NCBI GenBank assembly: GCA_902493795.1
Contig: CABUQZ010000001.1
Coordinates: forward strand, 104,963-168,962
Direction of reading: 5' to 3'
Origin: an uncultured Clostridium sp.
GTDB lineage: Bacteria; Bacillota_I; Bacilli_A; RF39; UBA660
DNA: 64,000 nucleotides
The notes under the pieces are model-generated. The model worked only from the letters and a program-made list of their open reading frames with translations, did no database searches and was not told where the DNA came from. Of the stretch, positions 1-10,392 are shown in pieces (position 1 is the first letter of the stretch; each line of letters opens with the position of its first letter). A program made the translations under genes and the position numbers.

Positions 1-1178
1 CTTTAGATGCAACAACTGTAACAACAGAACTAAAAAACAAAGAATTGTTAGATCAAGTTGGAGGAATTGAATATTTAACAGAAATATTTAATATCGTTCC
101 AACTGCAGCTAATGTAGAGCAATATATAAAAATAGTTGAAGAAACAGCCCTACAAAGAAGACTAATAGATGTTTCAACTGATATTGCAACAAATGCCTAT
201 GATAAGTCAGTTGATATCAATACAATTCTTGATGAAGCAGAAAGAAAAATATTAAGTGTAGTAAATGGAAGAAGGACTACTGAGTTTAGAGATATTAAAG
301 AAGTTATAGCTTCTACAAAAGCAAACCTAGAAAAACTTTCTACACAAGATGGTGATGTCACTGGACTTTCAACTGGTTGGGAAAGAATAGACAAGCTTAC
401 AACAGGTCTTCACGAAGGAGAGCTAATAATAATAGCTGCTCGTCCAGCAGTAGGAAAAAGTGCTTGGGCCTTAAATTTGGCGACAAATGCAGCAATTAAC
501 TCAAATGCAACAGTAGCAGTATTTAACCTAGAAATGAGCGCAGAAAGTCTTGCTTCAAGAATGATCGCGTGTATCGGACATGTTGAAGGTTATAAGCTTG
601 CAACAGGACAACTTCAAAATGATTGGGATAAAGTAAACGAAGCTTATGCAAAACTTGAAAAGACTAATCTTTTTATAGATGATACACCAGGGATTACAAT
701 AGGAGAAATAAGAAGTAAATGTAGAAGGTTGGCAAATTCAGAAAAAGGTCTTGATTTAGTAATCATAGACTACTTACAGCTAATAACATCAGCAGCAAAT
801 TATGGTGGAAATAGACAACAAGAAGTATCAGATATATCAAGAGCACTAAAACTAATGTCACTAGAATTAAAAGTTCCAGTAGTAGCACTTGCCCAGTTAT
901 CTCGTTCAGCTGAACAAAGAAAAGAAAATCCAAGACCTATCTTAAGTGACTTAAGAGAATCAGGAGCAATAGAGCAGGATGCCGATATTGTTGTATTCTT
1001 ATATAGAGAAGACTATTATAAAAAAGAGTTAGATACAAAAGATCAAGTAAGTGATCTAGAATTCATAATTGCAAAACATCGTAACGGAGCAACAGGAACA
1101 GTACCACTAAGGTTTAAGAAAGATATATCTAAATTCTTCTCAGTCTTTGAAGACCAAAAAGGAGAAGCTAATGAATAA
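1..1178 (+). CDS. dnaB: Replicative DNA helicase DnaB (5' end off-window; frame open from nt 3)
   Basis: Walker A 'ARPAVGKSAWALN', 'IDYLQLI' and 'ALAQLSR' motifs, and a RecA-like C-terminal domain. The reading frame is open upstream to the window edge. Confidence 0.9.
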   Translation, partial: LDATTVTTELKNKELLDQVGGIEYLTEIFNIVPTAANVEQYIKIVEETALQRRLIDVSTDIATNAYDKSVDINTILDEAERKILSVVNGRRTTEFRDIKEVIASTKANLEKLSTQDGDVTGLSTGWERIDKLTTGLHEGELIIIAARPAVGKSAWALNLATNAAINSNATVAVFNLEMSAESLASRMIACIGHVEGYKLATGQLQNDWDKVNEAYAKLEKTNLFIDDTPGITIGEIRSKCRRLANSEKGLDLVIIDYLQLITSAANYGGNRQQEVSDISRALKLMSLELKVPVVALAQLSRSAEQRKENPRPILSDLRESGAIEQDADIVVFLYREDYYKKELDTKDQVSDLEFIIAKHRNGATGTVPLRFKKDISKFFSVFEDQKGEANE

Positions 1179-2646
1179 GAAGGATATTTTTTATGCTCTT
1201 CTAGCACTAGTAATTAGTTCATGTGTATTTTTTGTAGGTTATACTAAATCAGACACTCCAGTGGAGCTATATCATGTATATTTACAAGGAGAAACAATTG
1301 GATACATAGAAAATAAAGACTTGCTAGAAGAATATATCGATAAAGAACAAACAGAAATAAAAGAAAAATATAAAGTAGATAAAGTATATTTACCAAATGA
1401 CCTAGATATTATAAAAGAGATGACTTATAACCAAAAAGCCTCATCTGAAAAGGAAATATATGAAAGAATTAAGGATAAGGCACAGTTTACTATAAATGGA
1501 TATAAAATAACGATTAAAGGTCTTAAATATCAAGATGAAGAATCAGGTGAAGAAAAAGTAACCTCTGATGTTAAAATATATGTATTAGATAAAGAAATAT
1601 TCACAAAAGCCTTAAAATCTACAGTTCTAGCATTTGTTCCAGAAGAACAATATGAAAACTTTATTAATAAAACTCAACCGAAATTAGATAAAGTTGGAAC
1701 TTTAATAGAAGATATTTATATAAAAAATCAAATATTGATAGAAGAAGGAAGAATATCAGCGGAAGAAAATATTTTTACAAATGAAACAAAACTTAGTATG
1801 TATATGCTTTTTGGAACAACAAAAGAGCAAAAAAAATATACAGTTAAAACCGGTGAAAACATTAAAACAGTAGCTTTTAATAATAAACTTTCAACGGAAG
1901 AGTTTCTAATTGCAAATCCATCATTTACAAGTGAAAATAACTTGTTATACGCCGGGCAAGAAGTAAACGTTGGTATAATTAATCCTAAAATAAATTTAAT
2001 AGAAGAAGATCACGTTGTACAATATCAAACCCAATATTACGAAACAAAAATAGAGTATGATGATACTATGTTAGCAGGTTATCAAAAGGTTAAACAAGAA
2101 GGTAAAAATGGTAAGTTGTTAGTAACTAAAAAGGTCCAAAAAGAAAATGGTGCTATTTCATCTGCAGTAATAACAAATACAGAAACAATAGAGCCTGCTA
2201 TTCCTAAAATAATATCTAAAGGAAGTAGAACTCAACCAGGAATAGGTAATGTTGGTGAATGGGCCTGGCCAACAACACCAAATTATTGTATTACAAGTCA
2301 CTACGGATGGAGAAGTAATAAAGTTCATGAAGCAATTGATATCTCATGTAGTGGATATGGTTCACCAATTTATTCAGCCAACGACGGAACAGTTGAAGAA
2401 GCAACTTCAAAATGGCCAAATGGAAATTATGTTATTATAAATCACAATAATGGATACTACTCAATTTATGCCCATATGGCATCATTATCAGTATCAGAAG
2501 GACAAGTAGTTAAAATGGGACAAGTAATAGGAACAATGGGTGAAACAGGATATGCAACAGGTGTTCACTTACACTTTGGAATATCAGCTGGATATCCATT
2601 TAGAAGAAACTCTCAATTCTATGACCCATTACTATTCTATAAGTAA
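1171..2646 (+). CDS. Secreted M23 (LytM) metallopeptidase with LysM and G5-like domains
   Basis: N-terminal TM/signal segment and a LysM-like 'YTVKTGENIKTVAFNNKLSTEEFLIANP' stretch. There is a G5-like block (YQKVKQEGKNGK...). The M23 motifs are intact: 'HEAIDIS' (HxxxD) and 'HLHFGI' (HxH). ATG at 1171 follows an AAGGAG RBS and overlaps the dnaB stop. Confidence 0.8.
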   Translation: MNKKDIFYALLALVISSCVFFVGYTKSDTPVELYHVYLQGETIGYIENKDLLEEYIDKEQTEIKEKYKVDKVYLPNDLDIIKEMTYNQKASSEKEIYERIKDKAQFTINGYKITIKGLKYQDEESGEEKVTSDVKIYVLDKEIFTKALKSTVLAFVPEEQYENFINKTQPKLDKVGTLIEDIYIKNQILIEEGRISAEENIFTNETKLSMYMLFGTTKEQKKYTVKTGENIKTVAFNNKLSTEEFLIANPSFTSENNLLYAGQEVNVGIINPKINLIEEDHVVQYQTQYYETKIEYDDTMLAGYQKVKQEGKNGKLLVTKKVQKENGAISSAVITNTETIEPAIPKIISKGSRTQPGIGNVGEWAWPTTPNYCITSHYGWRSNKVHEAIDISCSGYGSPIYSANDGTVEEATSKWPNGNYVIINHNNGYYSIYAHMASLSVSEGQVVKMGQVIGTMGETGYATGVHLHFGISAGYPFRRNSQFYDPLLFYK

Positions 2647-2649
2647 GAT

Positions 2650-3411
2650 ATGAGAATACAAGTATTAGCAAGTGGTTCTAAAGGAAACTCAACATTTATA
2701 GAATCAGGAAATACAAGAATACTAGTTGATGTAGGAATTAACTACACAAGAATAAAAAATTCTCTTGATAAAATAGATGTAGATATTAATTCCATTGATG
2801 GAATAATAATAAGCCATACACATTCAGATCATATAGGTGGACTTTCATCACTTATAAAAAAAACAGATATTCCTGTATTTGTAAAAGAAGAATTATATAG
2901 TGAGATAAAGAAAATAGTAAGAGAGGAAAATATTGTTCTTATTGAAGAGAAAAACGTTTCAATTGGTTCAATCGATATTGAAATAATAAATGCGTCTCAC
3001 GATGTACCAGCATTTGGGTTTATAATATGTGGTGATGGAAAAAAAGTATTATACTTAACAGATACAGGTTACATTAATAGAAGATACTATAAGCAATTAG
3101 AAAATATGGATGCCTATATAATTGAATCTAATCATGATGAGAAAATGCTTATGGAAGGACCTTATCCATACATATTAAAGCAAAGAGTAATAAGTGATAA
3201 AGGACATTTATCAAATAAATATACTGGAAGTTTTCTAAATAAAGAAATAGGAGACAAAACAAAGTATATAGTTCTTGCTCACTTAAGTGAAAATAATAAC
3301 ACAGAAGAACTAGCCTTAGAACAAGTAAATGGTGAATTAGCAAATAATCCGTATAAAAATAACATCATAATAGCAAAACAACATACTGAAACACAATTAA
3401 TAGAAATATAA
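2650..3411 (+). CDS. MBL-fold metallo-hydrolase (YycJ/WalJ-like)
   Basis: 'HTHSDHIGG' metallo-beta-lactamase motif; about 250 aa. Confidence 0.75.
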   Translation: MRIQVLASGSKGNSTFIESGNTRILVDVGINYTRIKNSLDKIDVDINSIDGIIISHTHSDHIGGLSSLIKKTDIPVFVKEELYSEIKKIVREENIVLIEEKNVSIGSIDIEIINASHDVPAFGFIICGDGKKVLYLTDTGYINRRYYKQLENMDAYIIESNHDEKMLMEGPYPYILKQRVISDKGHLSNKYTGSFLNKEIGDKTKYIVLAHLSENNNTEELALEQVNGELANNPYKNNIIIAKQHTETQLIEI

Positions 3412-3413
3412 GA

Positions 3414-3440
3414 AAGTTGCATAAGCAACTTTTTCTTTTT
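3414..3440 (+). terminator. Rho-independent terminator
   Basis: AAGTTGC-ataa-GCAACTT hairpin followed by TTTTCTTTTT. Confidence 0.6.
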
Positions 3441-3461
3441 ATATAATTTAATGGTGATTAA

Positions 3462-4703
3462 ATGTTAAACTTTATAAGTTCCATTTTGTGGATTGTGACA
3501 ACAATTGTCTTGATATTAAGTAGTATATCATTATCTCTTTACTTAAAGTTTCCACAGCGAAAACTATCAAAAAAAGTAAAATTGTTTGACAAAAAAAGAC
3601 ATACCAATAGCATTAAACTGTTAAATTTAACACTTGCAGCTAAAATAGGAGTAGGTTCTATTTCTGGAATTGCTATCTCAATAATAATCGGTGGTAAGGG
3701 AACAATACTATGGATATGGCTATCTGCGATAATCTTATCAATAATTACTTATCTAGAAACAAAGACTGGTATTCAATATAGAGAAAAGATAGGAAAAGAT
3801 GTAATAGGTGGTCCGATAGTATATATAAAAAAAGAAATAAGTAATAAATTATCTTTGCTTTATTGTTTCTTAATTATTTTTACTTATTTCTTTGCTTTTA
3901 TCCTAATACAATCAAATACTATTATAGTTTCATTAAAAGATACTTTCTTAATTAGTGAAAACGCAATATTATTTATTCTTATTCCAATTGTTTACTTATC
4001 TATCTCAAAAGGCATAAACACGATTTCTAAAACAGTATCTCTTATCGTTCCTGTAATGGGATTTTTGTACATCATTATTGGGTCTATTGTTATATATAAT
4101 AACTTTGATATGATACCAACACTACTTTTAGATATTTTAAAAGAAAGTATAAGTTTAAGATCTATTTCCACAATACCTTTAATTGTTGGATTTCAAAGAT
4201 CAATATTTTCAAATGAAACAGGTATGGGTTCAACTAGTATGGTAGTGTCTTTATCATCATCAAATGATTATAAATTAGAAGCTTATATTCAGTTAATAGG
4301 AATGTATTTTATAACTCTTGTTATTACAACAATATCAGCTTTATTGATATTAACAACTAATTATGAAACATTAGGAATAACTAATTTAAATGGTATAGAA
4401 ATAATAAATTATGCTATTACTTATCATTTTGGAAGTAGTGGTAGTTATCTATCAATATTAATAATAACATTGTTTGCATATTCAACCATTATAACTTGTT
4501 ATTATTATGGAGATATATGTCTTAAATATTTATTTAGAAATAAAAAGATTAACATTTCTAAAATAATTGTTATAATAGTAATAATATTAAGTGCATATAT
4601 AAGTACAACAAACATTTGGGCAATTGTAGATATAGCAACATCTTTATCAACATTAATTAATGTTTATGCTTTATATAAAATAAAAGACAAACTGAAGGAG
4701 TAG
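3462..4703 (+). CDS. Alanine/glycine:cation symporter (AGCS) family-like membrane transporter
   Basis: Polytopic membrane protein. 'LAAKIGVGSISGIAISIIIGGKGTILWIWLSA' resembles the conserved AGCS N-terminal signature (TVGTGNIAGVA..GGPGA.FWMW). Confidence 0.5.
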   Translation: MLNFISSILWIVTTIVLILSSISLSLYLKFPQRKLSKKVKLFDKKRHTNSIKLLNLTLAAKIGVGSISGIAISIIIGGKGTILWIWLSAIILSIITYLETKTGIQYREKIGKDVIGGPIVYIKKEISNKLSLLYCFLIIFTYFFAFILIQSNTIIVSLKDTFLISENAILFILIPIVYLSISKGINTISKTVSLIVPVMGFLYIIIGSIVIYNNFDMIPTLLLDILKESISLRSISTIPLIVGFQRSIFSNETGMGSTSMVVSLSSSNDYKLEAYIQLIGMYFITLVITTISALLILTTNYETLGITNLNGIEIINYAITYHFGSSGSYLSILIITLFAYSTIITCYYYGDICLKYLFRNKKINISKIIVIIVIILSAYISTTNIWAIVDIATSLSTLINVYALYKIKDKLKE

Positions 4704-4705
4704 TT

Positions 4706-5374
4706 ATGATTGGAAATGATTGGGATTTATTACTTAAAGATGAGTATAGAAAAGACTATTTTATAAAATTAAAAAATTATATAATAAATGAGTACAAAAA
4801 TAAAACAGTGTATCCAAAAATGTCAGAAATATTTAATGCGTTTACTAAAACATCTTATGATAATGTTAAAGTAGTTATAATAGGGCAAGATCCATATCAT
4901 GGAGAAAATGAAGCAGAAGGCTTATCTTTTTCAGTAAAAATTGGAATTCAAAAACCGCCATCACTTATAAATATTTTCACTGAATTAAAAAGTGATTTAG
5001 GAATTGATCCACCCAATCATGGAAGTTTAGTATCCTGGGCAAAAGAAGGAGTATTGCTTTTAAATGCCACTCTTACAGTTATTAAAGACACACCCAGATC
5101 ACATGCAAACAAAGGATGGGAAATATTTACTGACGAAGTAATAAAATTAATAAATCAAAAAGATACTCCAGTTGTGTTTATTTTATGGGGAAGTGACGCA
5201 AGAAGTAAAAAGAAATTAATAACAAATCCAAAGCACTTTATAATTGAATCAGCACATCCATCACCACTTTCAGCTTATAGAGGATTTTTTGGAAGTAAAC
5301 CATTTTCTAAGACAAATGAGTTTTTAGAAAAAAACGGAGTAAAACAAATTAATTGGAAAATAGATAATATATAA
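4706..5374 (+). CDS. ung: Uracil-DNA glycosylase
   Basis: 'VVIIGQDPYHGENEAEGLSFSV' and 'HPSPLSA' family-1 UDG motifs. Confidence 0.9.
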   Translation: MIGNDWDLLLKDEYRKDYFIKLKNYIINEYKNKTVYPKMSEIFNAFTKTSYDNVKVVIIGQDPYHGENEAEGLSFSVKIGIQKPPSLINIFTELKSDLGIDPPNHGSLVSWAKEGVLLLNATLTVIKDTPRSHANKGWEIFTDEVIKLINQKDTPVVFILWGSDARSKKKLITNPKHFIIESAHPSPLSAYRGFFGSKPFSKTNEFLEKNGVKQINWKIDNI

Positions 5375-5388
5375 AAAGAGATTTTTGA

Positions 5389-5931
5389 TTATTCTTTCAT
5401 AATTTCAAAAATCTCTTCTTTTTCATTTACATATGAATCTTTGTGTTTACATTTTTTAAATTTTGCAATAATACTTGATGGAAATTGACTAACTAGTTTG
5501 TTATATATTTCTACATTATCATTATAGTATTTTTCATCAGCAGCACACTCAATATTAACATCTTCTAAATCACTAAATAATTTCAATGCGTCTTCATCAA
5601 ACTTAATATCTTTATTATAATCAGTAAGTTCCACTATTTTTGCATCATATTTAGAAAGTTCCTTATTAAGTTCAATTTTACTTATATCTTCAATAACTAT
5701 ATCTTTTAGATTATCAAAGAATGTGTCACTGGATTCATCTTTAACAATTTTACCAATCTTATACAATAAATCATATTTTTCATTTAATAATAAACCAATG
5801 TTTTCTTCAGCTTCATTAATTTTAATATTTAATGCTTGAAATTTATTAATATTTACTACTATTACAACAAATATTACAGTAATAATAACTATAAGTACTG
5901 ATAATAATATATAAACCCACATAATTAACAC
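5389..5931 (-). CDS. LemA-like single-pass membrane protein
   Basis: N-terminal TM helix followed by a helical domain with LemA-like spacing (N..F..L...INEAEENI...L..KYDLL). The similarity is weak. Confidence 0.35.
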   Translation of the reverse strand: MLIMWVYILLSVLIVIITVIFVVIVVNINKFQALNIKINEAEENIGLLLNEKYDLLYKIGKIVKDESSDTFFDNLKDIVIEDISKIELNKELSKYDAKIVELTDYNKDIKFDEDALKLFSDLEDVNIECAADEKYYNDNVEIYNKLVSQFPSSIIAKFKKCKHKDSYVNEKEEIFEIMKE

Positions 5932-5998
5932 CTCTTATCATATAGATTATAACAAATTATTAAGGATTATTCTAGCACTTACCATCTTTTGAATAATA

Positions 5999-7276
5999 TT
6001 ATTTTGACTTACCACTGCTAGGTGCAAATTGAAAATACATATTTTCAAATTCTCTTATCTTTTGAACATAATACGCAGCACCTTCTTCAAGTTGCGATTT
6101 TACTTTTTCATCAAATTTAATTTGATCACTATGTTTTTTTATAAGATCTTGATATTTCCTGTCAATTTTTCTTCTTAATTGATCTTTATACACTTCTGGA
6201 TTATTAGAAACCTTTTTAAAGTTTTTATCAGCTTTTTCAAATCTTTTCTTAGCACTAAGATACTTATCATATAATTCATTATAATTGTAATCATCACGAA
6301 TTACCTCATCAGATATAGCTCGTTTTAATCCGGTTCTAAGAAATTTAGCTTTTTCATTTATTTCTTTTTCTATATCATCAATTTTCTTTTCTAAGAATTT
6401 CATTTGTTTTCTATCGTTCATTGAATATGCACTATTATAGTCACTAATTAACTGTTCATGTTCTTTTATCAAGGTAGAATACATTGCATTAAATTCAGCT
6501 TCTTTAGAAAACATAAGAGGAGTAAGTTCATTATATCTATTTTTTACTAAAATGCTTCTTTTATTTAGAATGCCATATAACTTATTAGCTGCATTATATA
6601 ATCTCATACATAACTTATCATATTCTTCGTTAATATTCCTTGGATGTGTTTTACTCTGTCTTTCCATTTCAGTTGCTTTTATTAATTTTCTTAAAGAACT
6701 AATTTCCTCATTAACGGTATCTAATCTATCTCTATAAGAGTCTAACTTTCTTTGAAATTTTGCAAGTATATTAGCATAATCTTCTTCATTAGAAGGAATG
6801 TTTCTAAAAAGAGCATTAAATCTACTAGAAATGTATGTAAAAACAGTATTTTGTTTATCTTGATATACTTGATCATTATGAGTATATCTAAAATCACGAT
6901 CATAATCACTTTGATTTCTTCTTCTACGTGTTTCCTCATTTTTTTCTTGAAATAAATCGCTTCTAACCTCAGTTCCATTTTTTATACAAACGTCAATTCT
7001 ATTTAATGATCCAAAGAAAACAGCTAAAACGTCATCAGGATTATCGATTATCCCAGGAACTCCATGAAAGTGATCTGAGTGAAAAACAGTAGCCACATCT
7101 CTTTTTAAAGTTACAAAGTCAAACTCATTTAGTACTTTATTAGAATTGATCATTTCTTCTAAAGTATCAATTTCACTAATTATTTTGTCACATTTACTCT
7201 TGTAGCTATCTGAAATATACCCACCATTAATAACATTTCTATAAATTCTTAAACATGTCATTAAATCTTCTATCAT
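5999..7276 (-). CDS. Hypothetical coiled-coil protein (about 425-444 aa; start ambiguous between 7276 and 7333)
   Basis: Long ORF that is K/E/R-rich and helical, with no recognised motif. A GAGGGGG RBS precedes the internal ATGs. Confidence 0.5.
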   Translation of the reverse strand: MIEDLMTCLRIYRNVINGGYISDSYKSKCDKIISEIDTLEEMINSNKVLNEFDFVTLKRDVATVFHSDHFHGVPGIIDNPDDVLAVFFGSLNRIDVCIKNGTEVRSDLFQEKNEETRRRRNQSDYDRDFRYTHNDQVYQDKQNTVFTYISSRFNALFRNIPSNEEDYANILAKFQRKLDSYRDRLDTVNEEISSLRKLIKATEMERQSKTHPRNINEEYDKLCMRLYNAANKLYGILNKRSILVKNRYNELTPLMFSKEAEFNAMYSTLIKEHEQLISDYNSAYSMNDRKQMKFLEKKIDDIEKEINEKAKFLRTGLKRAISDEVIRDDYNYNELYDKYLSAKKRFEKADKNFKKVSNNPEVYKDQLRRKIDRKYQDLIKKHSDQIKFDEKVKSQLEEGAAYYVQKIREFENMYFQFAPSSGKSK

Positions 7277-7406
7277 TCTAGTCATCCCCCTCATTATTGC
7301 GGTAATTTTAACATATTTTATTAAAAATGTCAATTTAAACTAAATCTAATCGAAAATATAAAATGTATTTCTCTATATATGATATAATACCATTGAAGGT
7401 GATTTT

Positions 7407-7967
7407 ATGAAAGTATTATTAGGAATTTCTAACAAACATGTACACTTAAGTACAGAAGATTATAAAATATTATTTGGTGATGAACCACTAAATAAGGTAA
7501 AAGATTTAGTACAACCTGGACAATATGCATCAGATAAAAAAGTAACTGTTAAAACAGAAAAAAGAGCTTTTGAAGGATTAAGAGTTTTAGGTCCACTTAG
7601 ATCTTACACTCAAGTAGAAGTATCTAAAACAGATAGTTTTGCTTTAGGAATAAATCCTCCAATTAGAAATAGTGGTGATTTAGAAGGATCTGCAACTGTT
7701 ACAATTGTAGGGCCATGTGGAGAAGTAACAAAGCCATGCTGCATAATAGCAAATAGACATATTCACATCAATCCAAAAGAAAGAGAAGAATTAGGTCTTG
7801 TTGGAGTTGATAAGGTATCTGTTAAAGTAGAAGGAGAAAAAACTACTATATTTGATAATGTATGGCTAAAAGAAGATGAAAGCTATGTTTTAGAACTTCA
7901 TTTAGATACAGATGATGGAAATGGAGCACTAGCAAAAACAGGAGATTATTTAGAGATAATAAAATAA
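7407..7967 (+). CDS. pduL: Phosphate propanoyl/acetyl-transferase, PduL type
   Basis: 'ISNKHVHLS', 'RVLGPLR.YTQVE.S.TD', 'IANRHIH' - the duplicated PduL signature. Confidence 0.8.
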   Translation: MKVLLGISNKHVHLSTEDYKILFGDEPLNKVKDLVQPGQYASDKKVTVKTEKRAFEGLRVLGPLRSYTQVEVSKTDSFALGINPPIRNSGDLEGSATVTIVGPCGEVTKPCCIIANRHIHINPKEREELGLVGVDKVSVKVEGEKTTIFDNVWLKEDESYVLELHLDTDDGNGALAKTGDYLEIIK

Positions 7968-8006
7968 CACAAAGAAAAAAGTAAAAGTTTTTAAAAAGAG
8001 TAGCTT

Positions 8007-9953
8007 TTACTTTTTTATTTCATCAAACACAACTTGAGTATTTGTAGGTTCAGTACCTTTTAAATAGTACAGAACCTTTTTTTTAGGACTTTTATCATTA
8101 GCAGGTAACCCACTTATAGGATCAACTATAACACCAACAACATTACTAGGCATTTCATACCAAGATTCTTCAGTGTCTTTTAAATAGCTTTCCATAGCTT
8201 CAGAAAAAATATTTTTAGTATACATATAATCTTTATTAGTTATTTCTCTACTATCATCATATCCAACCCAAACTGAAGTAACAACGTCTGGGGTATATCC
8301 AATAGTCCAACTATCTGTAGCAGTTGTACCAGACTTTATTGCATACTTTCTAGTTAGCTTTCCTGCAATACCAATTACTGTTGGATAATTATAATCTATA
8401 AATGTGGAGTCATATGTATTGGTAAGTAAATTATTAAGTATAAAAACAAGACTAGAATTTAATATCGATTCTTTATTTTCTTGAGCTTCATATAATACAT
8501 TTCCATCTTTATCTTCTATTTTAGTAATTAAGTGTGGTGTAACTTTATACCCTAGATTTGCAAAAGAAGCATAGGCACCAGTAAGCTCCATTATATTCAT
8601 TTCACTTGTACCTAAAGCAAGAGAAGGAACTTCTTTCATCTCTGAAGTAATTCCTAGTCTACTTGCCATTGATGACAAAGAGTCTTCTCCCAAGAATAAA
8701 AGTGTTTTAACAGCATAAATATTATCTGAATAAGAAATAGCTGCAGCAAGTGATATAGGTTTATTTCCATATACTTCATTAGCATTTTTTGGACTGTATT
8801 GTTGATTATTAGCAAAAGCAAAGGTCGTTTTTTCACTTGTGAAACATGTTGATGAAGTAAACCCATTTTCTAAAGCAGCATAATATAGAATTGGTTTCAT
8901 AACAGAACCAACTTGTCTATAAGATGAAGTTGCTCTATTGTACTCTGATGTACTATAATCTCTTCCTCCAACAAGAGCAAAAATTTCACCATTATTTGGA
9001 TTCATCATTATAGCATTTGCTTGTAACTCACTATTGCTTGCTAAATTACTATTTATTTTTTCTTCTAGAATTTGTTGAGCATTAAAATCAAAGGCAGTGT
9101 ATATTTTTAAACCACCTGTATCTAAAAACGATTTTGGAACATCAAGTCTTTCAAGCTCGTTAAACACTGCATCTTGATAATACATAACTGTCGATAAATT
9201 TATACTATTTTTTTTACCAATAATAGTTAACTCTTCTTGATATGCTTCGTTCATCTCTTCTTCTGTAATATAGTCATTTTTAACCATTAAAGATAAGACC
9301 ATTTTTTGTCTTTTTTTTGCAAGTTCAAAATTAACAATAGGAGAGTAATTTGAAGGGGATTTAGGAATACCTACTAACATACTAGCTTCTGCTAAATCAA
9401 GTTCACTTGCACTTTTACCAAAATAAAACTCTGAAGCATTTTCAATTCCATACATACCATGTCCATAATTAATTGTATTTAAATATCCTTCGAGTATCTC
9501 ATCTTTGCTATAGTGAAGCTCAATATTCAAAGTTAGCCAAAGTTCTTCCCATTTTCTTTCCCACGTCTTATCAAAATCTAGAAACAAATTTTTAACATAC
9601 TGCTGTGAAATAGTAGAAGCACCCTGTAAAGTCTTTCCACTTGTAATATTTTTCCATCCAGCCTTAATTATTCTAGGAATGTCAAAACCAAAATGACTAT
9701 AGAAATTCTTATCCTCAGTAGATATAGTAGCATTTATTAAATCTTTAGAAATATCTTCAAGTTCAATCCAGGCATTTGTACCATTACCCACAAAAAAAAC
9801 ATTTCCATTTTTGTCATATAATGATATATTATTAGCATTCCTTATTTCAAGTTTTGTGGATAACTTAGAATATCCATAAAATGAAAGCCCAAAAATAAAG
9901 AACAACACACCAATTAAACTACCTAACTTCAATATCTTTTTAAATATTTTCAT
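8007..9953 (-). CDS. Class A penicillin-binding protein (PBP1A family transglycosylase/transpeptidase)
   Basis: GT51 motifs 'EDKNFYSHFGFD' and 'GASTISQQYVKN'. Transpeptidase 'SVMKP' (SxxK) and 'KSGTT' motifs. N-terminal TM anchor. Confidence 0.85.
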   Translation of the reverse strand: MKIFKKILKLGSLIGVLFFIFGLSFYGYSKLSTKLEIRNANNISLYDKNGNVFFVGNGTNAWIELEDISKDLINATISTEDKNFYSHFGFDIPRIIKAGWKNITSGKTLQGASTISQQYVKNLFLDFDKTWERKWEELWLTLNIELHYSKDEILEGYLNTINYGHGMYGIENASEFYFGKSASELDLAEASMLVGIPKSPSNYSPIVNFELAKKRQKMVLSLMVKNDYITEEEMNEAYQEELTIIGKKNSINLSTVMYYQDAVFNELERLDVPKSFLDTGGLKIYTAFDFNAQQILEEKINSNLASNSELQANAIMMNPNNGEIFALVGGRDYSTSEYNRATSSYRQVGSVMKPILYYAALENGFTSSTCFTSEKTTFAFANNQQYSPKNANEVYGNKPISLAAAISYSDNIYAVKTLLFLGEDSLSSMASRLGITSEMKEVPSLALGTSEMNIMELTGAYASFANLGYKVTPHLITKIEDKDGNVLYEAQENKESILNSSLVFILNNLLTNTYDSTFIDYNYPTVIGIAGKLTRKYAIKSGTTATDSWTIGYTPDVVTSVWVGYDDSREITNKDYMYTKNIFSEAMESYLKDTEESWYEMPSNVVGVIVDPISGLPANDKSPKKKVLYYLKGTEPTNTQVVFDEIKK

Positions 9954-10054
9954 TTAATCATTTCCAATCTAGTAATATTGTGAATAATAAACAAAAAAAT
10001 ATGTATAAAAAGAAATAAATATGCTATAATTCGAATAGAAATTTAGGAGGTATT

Positions 10055-10390
10055 ATGAAAGAAGTAAATATATGCTTTCAAGTTGTAAATAGTGAAAACC
10101 CCTATAAATATATTGGTAAAGCAGAAATAAATAAAGGCATAATTAAGTTTACCGACAATAATATTAACTATATTTATGATAGAGAAATAAAAAGATTAAC
10201 AAAAGAAAGTAAAGATAGTACCTTAGTTATAGATTTTAATAAAGAGAATATTTTAATGCGGAATGATGGTAATGAATTTAATATAAAAATACATTTATTA
10301 GAAGATAAATCTAATGATAAAAAAATAGATATTCTTTATAAAGTAGATGAAGATTTAATTAATTTTATTATTGAAATGAGTGAGGTATAA
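10055..10390 (+). CDS. DUF1934-like small protein (YwiB-like)
   Basis: About 110 aa and located directly upstream of argS, as ywiB is in Bacillus. The call rests on position and size. Confidence 0.5.
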   Translation: MKEVNICFQVVNSENPYKYIGKAEINKGIIKFTDNNINYIYDREIKRLTKESKDSTLVIDFNKENILMRNDGNEFNIKIHLLEDKSNDKKIDILYKVDEDLINFIIEMSEV

Positions 10391-10392
10391 AT

